Part shown: positions 1 through 13,189 of the stretch, one piece after another
How the letters are laid out: each line of letters begins with the position of its first letter
Position numbering within the stretch: position 1 is the stretch's first letter
From: Chrysomallon squamiferum
Taxonomy: Eukaryota > Animalia > Mollusca
DNA length: 64,000 bases
Reading direction: 5' to 3'
Assembly: GCA_012295275.1 (NCBI GenBank)
Contig: CM022671.1
Span: 24,986,001 to 25,050,000 of the forward strand
Notes under the pieces: model-generated
Told to the model about the DNA's origin: nothing
The model's database searches: none
The model's input: only the letters and a program-made list of their open reading frames with translations
Position numbers and translations under genes: made by a program

Positions 1-460
1 TTACTGTTGTTGTTGTTATATTATATCAAACGCAATGACACTACTACTACTAATGCGGCAGCATCTACCGCTATTACTAACGTGCTAATACTATTTATTC
101 TTCTACTAACCTTCCACTAGAAATATCACTGTGATGAATGTTAATCTAATTTCAGTTACATAAAGAACTCTGATATCAAACCTTACATTTCTTAATTCTC
201 TTGCTGACTTCCTGGTACAGCTACTGAACCATTAATTTTATCCGGCAAATACTGAACTGAATGTGGTCACGATTTCAGGATAAAAGCTAAATCTACCTTT
301 AAAGTATGAAAAACAAAGAGCTAAAAATTGTATCTAACAGATAAATATTAATTCACTTCTAAAGAAAGCTGTCTTTGATTTTCACTGATATTTGACTTTA
401 ATTCACTTAAAGTTAGCTGATATAGAATGTGTCTTTCATTAGCAAGCTATGTTTTAAATA

Positions 461-517
<57 letters not shown>

Positions 518-539
518 AGAGAGCCCTCGCTGTTCATTT

Positions 540-1293
540 CCCCTATGTACGTTGTTTGTCACATACGTCGACAACAAACAAAGGACAACATGTCAGTTAA
601 GGTATTTTCTGTTTCACATTTACATTGTTTTGAGCGATATGAAGAGCATCTTGACGATTAGAATAAAAACTACAACGTGTGAATTAGTCAAGTGAAATTT
701 TGATTTCTCTTGTTCTGTTAACACAAAAAAAACAAATTGTCTAAAACTGAAACATTTTGATGTTTGCCAACTTTTCTGATACATTTAGTAATTAAAAAAA
801 AAGGAACAGCAACTACACTTGTCATGTTAAGATCCCCAACCCACCATTTCGTTGAAGTGTAGTTAGGATTGAGTGTCTTCGAATGTTCATTCACTGTGTA
901 AGAACATCCTTCTAAATAGACATAACACAAAACTACAAGAACCAAAGCTGTGTTACTATCAAATATATCGTCACTCTCCTCTTTGCAACATGAACGTGAT
1001 ATTTTAACCGGTTACATACACCAACACAGAGGAAAAAAACATTTAACAGAGGCAAAGGATGCAACCAAAGTTATTACAAATAGAAACTAGCTATTAGAAA
1101 TGTTTAAATGTCAAATCATTTCGGCTAGAAGCTCAATGGCCATAAAGTGACCAATAGCAGAGAAAGACATCCTGGATCTTTCAAGAATCATCACTTATGA
1201 AAATATTTGGAAAATACTCATAATACAACATAGCTCTTGCAAGTAAATTACCTTCAAAGAGGATATCAGCGAGATTAGTTACATTTGCCTTTC
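540..1293 (-). pseudogene. Near-full-length B-type receptor pseudogene
   Basis: Minus-strand translation gives ANVTNLADI, NELLAE, ASVKC and VLCYVYLEGCSYTVNEHSKTLNPNYTSTKWWVGDLNMT, with frameshifts and stops and no start ATG. 3' boundary approximate. Confidence 0.8.
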
Positions 1294-1814
1294 AAATAGA
1301 ATATTAGTAGCTGTATACGTGGGCAAAAAACATTTTATGAGATGCTATTAAAGTATCTGAAAAACGAAATATATTTTATAGAGAACACTAATATTTTTAT
1401 TGTGTGTGTCAATGTGCACCAATTTTTTATTTTAATGGCTGTATATAAGTAAACCAACACCATAAGATCAAAAAGCGCCATTATCTCTCTATGTATATAT
1501 GTATTATAATTTTACACATATTATAAAACCTGTTCAAACATAGAAAAGTCATTTTTACAATACAGAGTCATTTCCCTTGATCTGAAAACGAAAACGAAAA
1601 CGGTTTGTCTGACCAGATATGTATTTTCTTTCCATATTAAATGAATATCGATGTTTCTTATGGCAAAGAAAAATAATCGTAAAGAACTGATGAATTAATG
1701 TCAGTGATAGAATCGCCATCTTTTACAATAATTGGTTATTATTAATATTTTTATTACTTACGAAATATTTTGTTAAGTTTGTTTTACTTTAAATCATGTT
1801 TTGATTTTAATTTA

Positions 1815-1950
1815 AATATTCTCTTATGTATGTCTGATTAGACTCTGCAATTAGACAAAATTCGTGAACGCACTAGACGCAGGACAAAGTCCAATCACGA
1901 CCTGACAAACCCATTTGCTGACGAGACTCGAACGTATGAACCCAAATTCA
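1815..1950 (-). mobile_element. Second, 5'-degraded copy of the same SINE
   Basis: Shares gactctgca...gacaaagtccaatcacgacct...gctgacgagactcgaac with 16710-16811. Confidence 0.7.
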
Positions 1951-2167
1951 TCAACACAGTCTTCAAAGTCATCTAGTCGTATGTATGTATGTATGTATAA
2001 TGAGAAACTAATGATAAAAATAAAAACAAATGCAAGTTCTTCCCTCGCCCATCTAAATACAGAGAAAAAAGACTTTAAAAGTTTTCTCGTGGCTCATTTT
2101 AAAATTAATAATTAGAAATGCAGCATGGAAATAAAAAGATCTTCAGCTCTATTTCTTATTATTTTTT

Positions 2168-2385
2168 CACTGAACTAACTTACATCGATAACTTTCATTT
2201 AGCTTGTAAACTGAACTCACTGAACTAAACTTTACGGTGATTCCCTCCATTTAACTTGTAAACTGAACTCACTGAACTAAACTGTACGTTGATTCCCTCC
2301 ATTTAACTTGTAAACTGAACTCACTGAACTAAACTGTACGTTGATTCCCTCCATTTAACTTGTAAACGGAACTCAAATAACTACA
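2168..2385. repeat. 52-bp minisatellite, about 4 copies
   Basis: ttaacttgtaaactgaactcactgaactaaactgtacgttgattccctccat starts at 2251 and 2303, with a variant at 2199 and partial flanking copies. Confidence 0.9.
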
Positions 2386-2622
2386 CCTTACCTTCTACGA
2401 TGTATAAGTGTATGTACGTATGTTTTATGAAAAAAGAAAAACAAAAACTGACGAGATATCCAGCAACATGTGGAATTCACTGTTATAAGATAAGACGATA
2501 ATCTAGATAACAGACGAAAGGATAAATGTTTTACAAAACAAATATTACTGAAAATTCACAACAACAGCAAAAGATCAGAAGCAAATAATCCAGTGTAAGT
2601 TTGATATTTGATATATTTAATT

Positions 2623-2662
<40 letters not shown>

Positions 2663-3631
2663 TTATATTATTATAACCGATATTTTTCTAATACCTGTTA
2701 TTTATTTACTGTTTTTGTCTTAAAAAACAACCACTAACGATAACTTAATTATATATGGTAGAAACAAATTACACTATTACTATTAATACTGCTACTACCA
2801 TCACTACCACTACTACTTCTACTACTTTTTCTACTAGCAATAACAATGAAGTTGATTGTTATTATTATATTAATTCACTGGGTGATCAGAAAACGTCCAC
2901 ATTGTTTTGTACGATGAAATCAGGACGCATAAAGAGGATTTCATTTAAATAAGGTAAGTACGTTTGAGAATTAATTGATATTTAAATTATTTAATTCGCT
3001 TTATAGCATATGCACAAGTCATCATAAATGATACTGTTTTGATTTCTTTGCTCCGTTTTTGTTGTTGTTGTTGTTGTTGTTTGTTTTTTGTCTTCCACTA
3101 ATGATAACTTAATTTCCTTTATACTACTACTTCTACTACTACCACCACCACCACTACTATTACAACTACTTCTGCTACCACCAACTTGGCTCATTCATAT
3201 TATTTTGAAATGCTCTATTTCTGTTTCAAAAGAATTTTATAAATTGTAAGAAATGATTTAAAAAAAAAAAAATGTAATATGGATATCGAGAAACAAAAGT
3301 TATTAAGTGCAGTGAATCGTAATAAACTTTTATATAATTTAAATCTGTTTTAATTTATTTTAATAAAACAAAATGTATGAAATCAACTTGACTACTTACT
3401 TAATTTTAATAATATTTTTATTTTTCAAAAGAGCTTTATAAATTGTAAAACCAGTTGATTTGATGAATGTAGTAACAAAAGTCACTGATTGCCGTGAACT
3501 GTAATAAATTTCTTACTTAACTAAATACAATAAAAATAAATATAAATATAAACAAATACAATCACAAAAGAAGAAAACACAATAAATAAATAATATGCAA
3601 ATAATTTATATAACAGTTAAATAATGTTTAT

Positions 3632-3662
3632 AATAAATAAATAAATAAATAAATAAATAAAA

Positions 3663-3693
<31 letters not shown>

Positions 3694-3956
3694 AAAACAA
3701 AGAAAGAAACACATAAAAATAACAGTTACAAGCAGTCGTGAGTATTCTTTTCCTTCTTTTCATTAATTATTTATTTTAATTTTAATTTAATTTTAATTGT
3801 TTATTTCTAACTTTAATTACTTTGGTTCTTTATGATTTTACCTGCGATCTGTGAATACCTTATTAAACATCAGTTTCTTTATCCAGTTTCTTAATTATTG
3901 ATTAAGGATTATGAAGACCAAATAAAAAAATTAATAATAATTAAAATAAAAAATTG

Positions 3957-4011
<55 letters not shown>

Positions 4012-4203
4012 CAATAACAATAACAATAATAATAATAATAATAACAACAATAATAATAATAATAATAATCATAATAATAATATAATATTAATAAAGAAAA
4101 ACACAGAGAGAAAAACGTAGAAAAAAACCCTATAAACAGAGCATTCCAAATGTAAAAATTTTAAAAATATATATATATAAAAAAAAAAAAAAAAAAAAAA
4201 AAA
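3632..4203. repeat. Microsatellite cluster (TAAA)n, (AAT)n and poly-A; representative of dozens of simple repeats in the window
   Basis: Directly visible. Similar tracts at 461-515, 19565-19720, 38550-38620, 47940-48390 and 52185-52230. Confidence 0.95.
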
Positions 4204-4395
4204 CTGAAAGGATTTAATCTTAATAAATGAAAAAACCTACAAGACAAAAAAACATCTAAGAATAAAAATATTAATAAAATGGCTTTCAGGATTACACTGT
4301 ATCGATCAGATTTTTAAATTCCAAATTACTAATCAAGCAACGCTATGAGAAAAATATTATTATATATATTATTTAAATCTTCTTTTCTCCTTTAG

Positions 4396-4451
4396 ATTTT
4401 AATCAAACTCTGACTGCCAGTGTTTTGTGCAGTGCGCAGAAAAAGATTAAC
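4396..4451 (+). other. Conserved 56-nt exon-like block antisense to the A gene; copies at 12255, 20940, 27284 (+) and 35789, 42675, 51807, 59161 (-)
   Basis: tcttttctcctttAG | 56 nt | GTAAAT, with identical length in all eight units. Confidence 0.45.
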
Positions 4452-4785
4452 GTAAATAATTAAAAACGAAAATCGGCGCCAGTTTATATAGTTCTTACTA
4501 AATGTCTTTTGTGTATTAGGCTTACGCAAAATGTGTTAGAAATAATAAAAAATATAAAACATTTAGTAAATTTTTTCTGTTCGGATCCAAAATCATACAA
4601 AAACGAATTAATATATTAAAGTTACTATCGTTACAACAACTATAACCTCTGTTTCTACTACTGCTACTGCTACTACTGTTATATTTCTACTACTAATACT
4701 AATACAACAACGACTACTACTTCTATTATTATCACTATACCACTATTGCCACTGTTACGACTATTGCTACTATCATTACTTATTC

Positions 4786-4834
<49 letters not shown>

Positions 4835-4995
4835 GCAGCAGCAGCAGCAGCAGAAGTGGTAGTAATAGTATATCAAACGGAATACCACAAACACTTTTGC
4901 CTCAACTGCCAGTGTTAATCCCTATCATTATTACAAATCTACTTATACTAGATGCTTATTCTTCTAGTACTAACCTGCCAGCGATGCTACTACCG

Positions 4996-5032
<37 letters not shown>

Positions 5033-5353
5033 GACAACCAGCCTATCACTACTGCTCGGAACAACAATTCTGAGTACTTTTATTTGTCCAGTCTAATATG
5101 TGTTGAACGTGTAGAAAGTTAATTCTAGCTAAACGATTTCTTTAAGTACTTTCAATCTTTTCACACCAAAACATTTACCTATCATCGGCAATGAATATCA
5201 ATCAGGCAATGAATGTCAATTCATTTAGAAGTGACATCTTAGCCCATATGACTGGAAAACTTAACGCAAACTAACAAATGTCTTTTCTATTTCTTAAAAG
5301 AACCAAGAGATGCTGTCTAAACGGATAGAAATGCAAGTCTTGCTGTAATTTTA

Positions 5354-5394
<41 letters not shown>

Positions 5395-5776
5395 CTCGAT
5401 CATCATAATAAATATAAAAATGTTAATATGATATACAAATAATGCATATAACAGTTATAAATAAATAAATAGATAATTGAAAAGGATTAACAATTGTAAT
5501 TTAACCATAAAAGGTACACTATGTAATATTTTATTAATATAATTACCTGAAGCAAATATACAACAACAAAATTACAAATTACATATTATTCTAGATCTGT
5601 GCATTGATACCAGTGAGATTTATTTACAGAATACTTAGATCGTACTATTTCCAATGCTATTTATTTTTGATCCGTCCTCAATATGTAACGGAGATTGTCA
5701 ACATTTTTCACTTTTGTCTAAAATAAAAAATAATATTCGTATTATTCTCTTGTAATTATCAGTCTTCACCTCTCAT

Positions 5777-6754
5777 TCAAAAATCATTTTTTGTTTTTGA
5801 TTTAATAACGCTAACTTCGATATCTTGTTGTACCTCTGTGTTTCCAGTAGGCAGGGTTTTCGCTGAAGGAATGTTTGTAGTTTTTGCAATTGTTTTGTTC
5901 ACACAAAGATGACAACACATCTTCATCGCGGTATATCTGAAATTCTGCATCAGAAATAAATAAGCAAAGAGTTTCATCAACATGTAGCAAATATAGATAA
6001 TAATCAATGCTAACATTATGCGTCCATCAACGATATGCAGGGAATAAACGACGTGAAATGGCAACTGGGTCAAGATGTACATGATGAAAATGATCGTGTT
6101 CAAATTAGCCAAGCGTATTTTGCTTTCTGTCGTTCTCTTAATGTATGAATTGTTTAAAACTGCTGCATTTTGATGCTTGGTTATTTTTATCATGCATACA
6201 GTAATCACAGTCAAAGGAATAGCAATAAAACCTGTCATGTTAAGAGCTCCAACCCACCAGTTCGTTGAAGTGTAGTTAGGATCAAGTCTCTTCGAATGTT
6301 CATTCACCGGATAAAATGTTCCTTCCAAATAAACATAACACAATACCAAGGGAACCCAGAGCCAGATTACTGCCATATATATCTTCGCTCTCTTGACAGT
6401 AACGTAAACTATATATTTCAAAGGGTTGCATACAGCAATATACAGAACTATACTTAGCCCCATCATAGAGAAACATTTAACGGATGCAAAGGCGGGTATC
6501 AAAGCGGATGTAAAGACAAACTTTAACTTGAAGACATTGATGATGATGTACGTCACTGAATTAATTTGCAGCATTATGTCTGAGACAATTTCATTAACCA
6601 AGAACAGACCAATAACCCCAGAACTCATTGCAGATTTTACAAGAACTACCAGCATGAAGATATTGTTTGAAAATCCAAACAGTAAAACAGAGCTTCCCGC
6701 TAACAACACTTTTTCCGACGTAGCGTCAGAAATATTGGTTACGTTCACAGACAT
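5777..6754 (-). CDS. Intronless class-A-like 7TM receptor, copy A1 (325 aa; start reassigned to MSVNVTN)
   Basis: Seven hydrophobic segments. Motifs NEIVSD (TM2), SIVLYIAVCNPLKY (TM3/ICL2), IWLW (TM4), TQLPF (TM6), helix-8 NFRYTAMKMCC. N-terminal N-glycosylation sequons NVT/NIS. The ATG at 6754 aligns with the start of all paralogs. Confidence 0.9.
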   Translation of the reverse strand: MSVNVTNISDATSEKVLLAGSSVLLFGFSNNIFMLVVLVKSAMSSGVIGLFLVNEIVSDIMLQINSVTYIIINVFKLKFVFTSALIPAFASVKCFSMMGLSIVLYIAVCNPLKYIVYVTVKRAKIYMAVIWLWVPLVLCYVYLEGTFYPVNEHSKRLDPNYTSTNWWVGALNMTGFIAIPLTVITVCMIKITKHQNAAVLNNSYIKRTTESKIRLANLNTIIFIMYILTQLPFHVVYSLHIVDGRIMLALIIIYICYMLMKLFAYLFLMQNFRYTAMKMCCHLCVNKTIAKTTNIPSAKTLPTGNTEVQQDIEVSVIKSKTKNDF

Positions 6755-7060
6755 CGTTGTTTCTTGTTCAGAATTAAAATGTGACTTTTCCTTTTGTATA
6801 AATAATATAAACTTTCCTGATTTCAGACTCAAGTACAAGTTACACAATGATGATATTAAAATATCTGAAAATAGGAAACTGTGAACTCTTTCCTTTTTGA
6901 AGAAGTATACTACCATATGTTGAAAATTATCCTAAATAATTTTTCATGGTGACGACGTCTATGAAGTTGATTTTTATGTTGTTTTCTGATAGTTTGATAA
7001 TCAAACAAATAATTCAGTATTTACTTCGTGAGAGAAATAAGACTTTGCTAATCTTTTCAT

Positions 7061-7250
7061 CTTTTATACTCTTCTTTCATATTCTTCTCATTGGTTAACG
7101 TATTAAATAAAATTATATACGGAGAATTTTGATTGACAGCTTGACCTACGTATATATTAAACCAGTGTTCATTTGTTTGCTGCAGACAGGTGGAGCTTTT
7201 CTTTCTCGTTATATTTTGTTTTTTTTCTGAACCAGACCACGCCCCGCCCT
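7061..7250 (-). promoter_or_regulatory. Putative A1 promoter: GC box, AGGTCA half-site, TGATTGACAG, CCAAT, TATAAAAG
   Basis: On the plus strand: CTTTTATA 7061-7068, ATTGG 7090-7094, TGATTGACAG 7130-7139, TGACCT 7142-7147, CCACGCCCCGCCC ~7237-7249. Confidence 0.55.
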
Positions 7251-9049
7251 TGATCTCTGTTTCTTATTAAGCGTTTTCTTTTTTAATGTGTGTGTTTTTT
7301 ATTTTTTTAGATAACATTGCATTATTTCCTATCATATTTATCTTTTATAAATATAAACACACACATACACACACTCAGTCACACACACACACACACACAC
7401 ACACACATGCACATACGTTTTTGGAGAGAATATTACAGTCAGCAAATATGTATAATCAGGAATCATGTATAATCCTTGAAACATCCAGATAGTATGTACA
7501 ATATTTGATTTACTCAAGAATTAAGTATAATCCCTTAAATTTAATTAGGTTTTTTTTTATGCAATTCCCTGAAACTGTTAACCTATTACTGCATCGTATT
7601 ATAATGAAATTATCCAATGCTGTTGTTATCATATAATAAATGTAAGTTATTTTGTCACTAGCACTATGCAGCAAGGTTAAAGGTGAAGAAATATTTAAAG
7701 AAAAAAAATTTAGAAGTATATTAATTAGATATAAATTTCTGTTTTCATCCACATGAGGAAAAACAAATATTCACGTCATAACGTATTTAATGCATAATAC
7801 TAATAAAGAGAAAAAACTTATGGTAATGTTTAATGATTAGAGACAGCTAAGTAATTAATCAGTGATTGTCACGGTATGTCTGCTAATCATACATTTCAGT
7901 TTCCTTCGTTCAGCTAAAATGGGGAAACTTGTATACAGGCAAAAAGTAGATATAACGTTTTTTAAAAAAAATTAAAACTTGATTTAACAGGTCTGCTGCA
8001 CTGCCAAAGTAAAACAATAATAAGAAGAAGAAGAAGAAGAAGAAGAAGAAAAAGAAGAAGAAGAAGAAAACGTGACTAAAAAGCGGGTACATTCAAAACT
8101 GAATGAAAACTAGATCGCTGGAGTTCTGTATGTTTTAAAAGGTTTTATAATATGTGTAAAATTATAACCCATTAGTGAGTTTTTACAATGCAGAGTCATT
8201 TCCCTTGATTTGCAATCGGAAACGAAAACGGTTTCTTTGACCAGTTACATATTCTATTTCAATCTTAAATATATATATATAAACATTATCAGTAAAGTCA
8301 AACATTAACAGTAAAGTCAAGCAGTGATAAAATCGCTTTCATTCAAAATAATTGCAGACCTCTTAAATCAAGTTTTAATTTTAATTTTAATCGTTCCGTT
8401 TACTTTGTACCTGTCTGCAAGTTAGTCTAGTTTCAGAAATTTCATTATCACATCTGTGTGATCAGTAATTACTAGGCTCTCTCTAATCACGACTAAAATT
8501 AATAAATTAGTAATCAGTGAAATAAACGGTTGGTGTTGTTTGTTTTGTGGGGACTTTTTTACATCGATGTGTAATACTTTAGCATTTACAAACACATATC
8601 AGGTACTGGCGGTCAACTTAATTACTTTTATTCTGTGTAGAATATATATATATTATCTCTTAAAATTAAATAAAAGGGAAATAAAAGTGTAATAAGTCTA
8701 TAGTTTTCAGGGTATTTCGGGCACCTTTATTTTTTGGTCTGACGAGTCCCGTTAACCGACTGGATTGTACAGCTGCTGTGTCAAGAATAACATTAAGCGG
8801 TAGTACATATATTAATAACAAAGTCTTTTACAGCTGATCGATTAAAATGGAATCTGTTCACTGCTCTAGATATTTCCTCGGCTGAAAAAGACTTGTTCAA
8901 AATATCATTATTGTTGTCTTTTTGTGTTGTTCTTTTTATTATTATTATTAAAAAAATTTAATTTTTAATTTTTTTTTTTTGGCTTTCAGTGTGTAGTTCT
9001 TCTATTGATGTGACGTGGCGAGGCACAGTTTTACTGGCACTGCTTTTAA

Positions 9050-10600
9050 GAGTTTTGAAAAAAATTATAATAAAGAATTAACTTACACATTTACCTTTGA
9101 CCGTCCGTGCTTATCGCATGCGGTTCAGAATTAATCAGTACTCTTTTGGATTTGAAGTTTTTAACATTTTCATTTTAAGTTTAGTAGATGTTCTATATTC
9201 CCTAGCAGATCTAGTCAGCATTTGTTTATACTGATTCTCTTTGTACGTCAAATCAGCTTTCAGTATATTTCCTCCATATTGTTTAAATCTTCGTCTGGGT
9301 CCGTTAAACCAAGCATTATTATAAGCATGTTTCTTTATAAATTTAAAAGTGATTTCTTCCGCTGACTTGCAATTTTGTAATTTGTGTCAAATTTCATGTA
9401 ATAAATGCTTCTGCTTTTTAACGTTATCGCAAAATTAGTACTTTTTATCATTACACGATTTCCCTGGGGCTTCGTTAGAGCTTCATGAGGTAACAATTTC
9501 AGTTTTCTCGGGATGTATCTGTGTACGTAGTTTTATACATAAAGATCTAAGGACATCTGAATGCAGCGAAGTATAGCAAAGTGTTCTACTGGGGACAAGA
9601 ATTTGACATTTTCAGTGCAATAGCATCTTTACAAGTATCTTCACCCCATACATTTATTTTCAACTATATATCTTCACCAGAATGCATAATTAATATGTTA
9701 TCGTATCTACAGAAATCAAGGAAAATACCACCGTAGTTATTTTTCTTCTTATTCTTTGATACTCATTGTTTTAGCATATTTAGCATCTCAAGTTCAAATA
9801 CAGCATCAGGATTAAATCACTATACATTTTGTTTTCAGTAATAATAAAATCAGCTGTGCTACAGTTGAAATCACCAATATATCAGATCGTACTATATTTA
9901 TTATCAAAACAAAAATATCAATTTTTAAGCTGGTCAAAAGAAAAGTATGAAGTTTCTGAATTTTCTGGTGGAATATATACAACGCCAATTAAAATATTAT
10001 ATTCAGTTTGTAAAACACCCCCTTCTGTGCCTAACAACAGAAAATATTTACAGTGAGATTCGATAATATTTGATGTTTTAGTAAATATTGTTTCAGATAT
10101 ACAACTATACCCTCAGATTTACACTTCATAGCTAAGAATATTAATGTTACCAGCGTCATCTCTTTTTGATTCAACCAAAGATTTATATTATAATAATTGT
10201 CTGTCTTGAGAAATATAGTATCTCTGAGCTTACTAACCAAACAGCAAACGTTAATCTCTATTATTTTAAAAACATGAGTATTTACTTCTTTATGATTTTT
10301 GTTTGGGGAATTTTACATGTGAGAGAGTTTACTGACATTTATTCATCAGTGTTTTCGCTTGGTAAGACTTGCTCTTCTCCGTTGTCCAACCTTACTGACT
10401 GTCTTGGCTTAAGTTGCTGTGATCTCTGTTGACTGGGTTAGTATGTTTGTGTTTCTGGATTTTGTCCCCTATTGTGCTGGTGTACACAGCCTGCCCTCGA
10501 CATACAACATATCGTCATCATCATCTTTCTTTTCCCTTGCCCGTTTACTGATTTGTAGTATGGGTGTCAGAGGTCTTGTCTGTAACTGAAATTAGATTAA
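9050..10600 (-). mobile_element. Decayed non-LTR retrotransposon (LINE): ORF1 C-terminus, ORF2 AP endonuclease and linker; no RT domain seen
   Basis: Minus-strand motifs in canonical order: DMLYVEGRL (ORF1 end, ~10490), KIIEINVCCLVSKL, SEGIVVYLK, ILIGVVYIPP (~9970), IGDFNC (GDFN at 9864-9875), NNYGGIFLDFC, SDV, AWFN (~9305), NPKEY*LILN (~9140). Many stops and frameshifts. Clade not determined. Confidence 0.85.
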
Positions 10601-10819
10601 CATTCACTACACTGAAACTTATTTAGAACTTTCAAAAATGATCTAGTCTGTTGATGATTACTAGTTATCGTAGTAGTAATAGTAGTAGTAGTAGTAGTTG
10701 TTGTTGTAGTAATAGTTGATGTTGTTGTTGTTGTTGTTGGAGGGTGATGCTAGTAACAACAGAAGTAGCAGTCTACTAATGGCAGGTTAGTAGAAGAATA
10801 AATAGTATTAGCAGATTAG

Positions 10820-10855
<36 letters not shown>

Positions 10856-13189
10856 TAATTCAGCCTTTGTTTCTTCTTTCTTCCTATTTTCTTTTGCAGC
10901 TAATCTTTCCGCCGTGGTTGACGATATTTAAATACTAGTATATACTTATGAACTACTCTACGTTACGAATGTAATTCTGGTCCAAATATTATATTAAGGA
11001 GTTACAGATTATGTAAAGTGAAATTCAAGCGAGCATTAGTAAATTAATATACTCATTCTCTGGAGTACTTTTTATATAAACATTTGAGTGTAGATTATTA
11101 ATGATACAAAGAGATATTTAATTGATTTTGGTTCTTTCTGTAATAAATATTTTCACAGAAAATAATCTTCAGTTTACAACCATAACAGCTATTTGAATTC
11201 TTTATTTCTTTTATTACCTTCATTATGAAATAATTTATTATTAATGATATTCATAAGGCATTTTTCGATATATATATATGACAACAAATACTAATCAACT
11301 AATGGCAATACAATTAAACAAAATCTTTTGTTTAATTTTCACACTCGATATAACGATAATATCCAACTATTTTGTTAACACAGTGTGAATGATACTGAAT
11401 ACAAACTGTTCTAATCTATGTTTGTATTGAATTGTGAAAAAGAACTTCTAAAATTAATAAATAATAATAAAAAATATTTTGGAATTAATGGATTTGCTGT
11501 TTTCTTGTTGCTTCTGCGTCTTTCAGTATACTAGCACTAATTAACTAGTTACAGTTTTCTTTAATACCCAATAAGAATACAATATGGATATCGAGAAACA
11601 AAAGTTATTAATTGCAGTGAATTGTAATAAACTTTTATATAATTTAAAACAATACAAATTAAATTAAACATAATCAAACAAAGAAAGCAAACACAAAAAT
11701 AAATAAATAATTAATTAATTAAATAAAAACAAGAAAAAAAAAATGTGTAAAAATAACAATTACAAACGTTTGTCAATTTTCCTTTCTTCATTTTCCTTTA
11801 TTATTTCTTTTAATTTTCTTTTTAAATATTTATGAGTAAGCTTAAATTACTGTGCCTGTTTACGTTTTTAATCAAAGATTTGTGAAAACAATCCAGTTTC
11901 TTAATTACTGATTAAGGATTAAGAAAAAAAAAATCAATCAAAAAAAAATTAATAAAGTAAACAACTAGAGAGAAAAAAAGGAGAAAGGAAATGAAAAATT
12001 ATAAACAGAACATTTCAGATGTAAAAGTTTAAAAAAAAGAATTATATAAGAAACCAACCGAAAGGATTCAGTCTTAATAATGAAAAAACCTACATGACAA
12101 CAAAACATCCAAGAATAAAAACATTAATAAAATGGCTTTGAGGATTACAGTGTATCGATCTGAAATTTAATTCCAAATTATTAGTCAAGCAACGCTGTGA
12201 GAAAAATATTAATATATATATTATTTATTATTTAAATCTTCATTTCTCCTTTAGATTTTAATCAAACTCTGGCTGCCAGTGAATTGTGCAACGCGCAGAA
12301 AATGATTAACGTAAGGAAAATCGGCGTCAGTTTATATATTTCTTACTAAATATCGTTTATATATTAGGCTTAAGCAAAATTAAAAAATATATATATATAA
12401 AATTTAGTAATTTTTCTTTTCTATAAGAATTACTTTCCAGTTCGGATCCAAAATCGTATAAAAACGTAATCATATAAGTTCGTATTATTGCTACTATCGT
12501 TACAACAACTATAACCTGTGCTTCTATTACTGCTACAGCTACTACTGTTATTATTTCCACTACTACTACAACCATTGTTACGTCTATTGTTACAACCACC
12601 ATTACTAGTAATACCTCTAATCTACTACTTATATTAATACTGCTACTTCTGCTTCTACGCAAACTGATATTGTTGATGTTGTTTTGGTTGTTGTTTTTTT
12701 AAAATAAGGAATTTATTCTGTCTAAATTGATGGAAATGCAACAGTCTTGCTGTAATTTTAACAATAATAATAATAATAATAACAATAATAATAATGATGG
12801 TAATAATAATAATAATCATGATCGTCAAAATAAATAAGCAAGTGTTAATGTGGTATACAGATATAAATCAATAAATAAATAAATAAATAATTCAAAAGGT
12901 TTAACAATTGTAATGTAACCATATAATTATCTATAGAAAATATACAACACAAAATTACAAATTAATTATTATTCTATACCTATGCATTGATACCATTAAG
13001 ATTTGACAGTGAAAAGTTCTGTCATTCGAATCTAATATCACTATCTACAGAATACTTAAATTTCCAATGCTATTCAGTTTTGATTCGTCCTCAGTATGTA
13101 ACGGAGAATGTCAATATTTTTCACTCGTATGTAAAATACAGAATAATATTCGTAACATTCTCTTGTAATTATCAGTCTTTTCTACTCAT

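Noticed and set aside
2168-2385. CRISPR-like appearance of the 52-bp and 49-bp arrays
   Set aside because: Head-to-tail repeats without unique spacers, no cas genes, eukaryotic context.
2880-2960. Strong donor-like AAG|GTAAGT at 2954 as a partner exon for the 56-nt block
   Set aside because: No clear acceptor and not seen in other units; expected by chance in 64 kb.
6426-6884. Antisense ORFs over the receptors (6426..6884, 13839..14270, 23538..23744, 33328..33561, 40579..40812, etc.)
   Set aside because: Shadow frames of hydrophobic coding sequence, repeated only because the sense gene is duplicated; starts and ends are inconsistent between copies.
6755-6916. 54-aa N-terminal extension of A1 in the ORF track
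   Set aside because: Not open in the paralogs; all copies share the aacaacgATG/atcaacgATG context at MSVNVTN.
8738-8770. CTGACGAGTC...GAC resembling a hammerhead ribozyme core
   Set aside because: The required GAAA after stem II is absent and no stems I/III were found.
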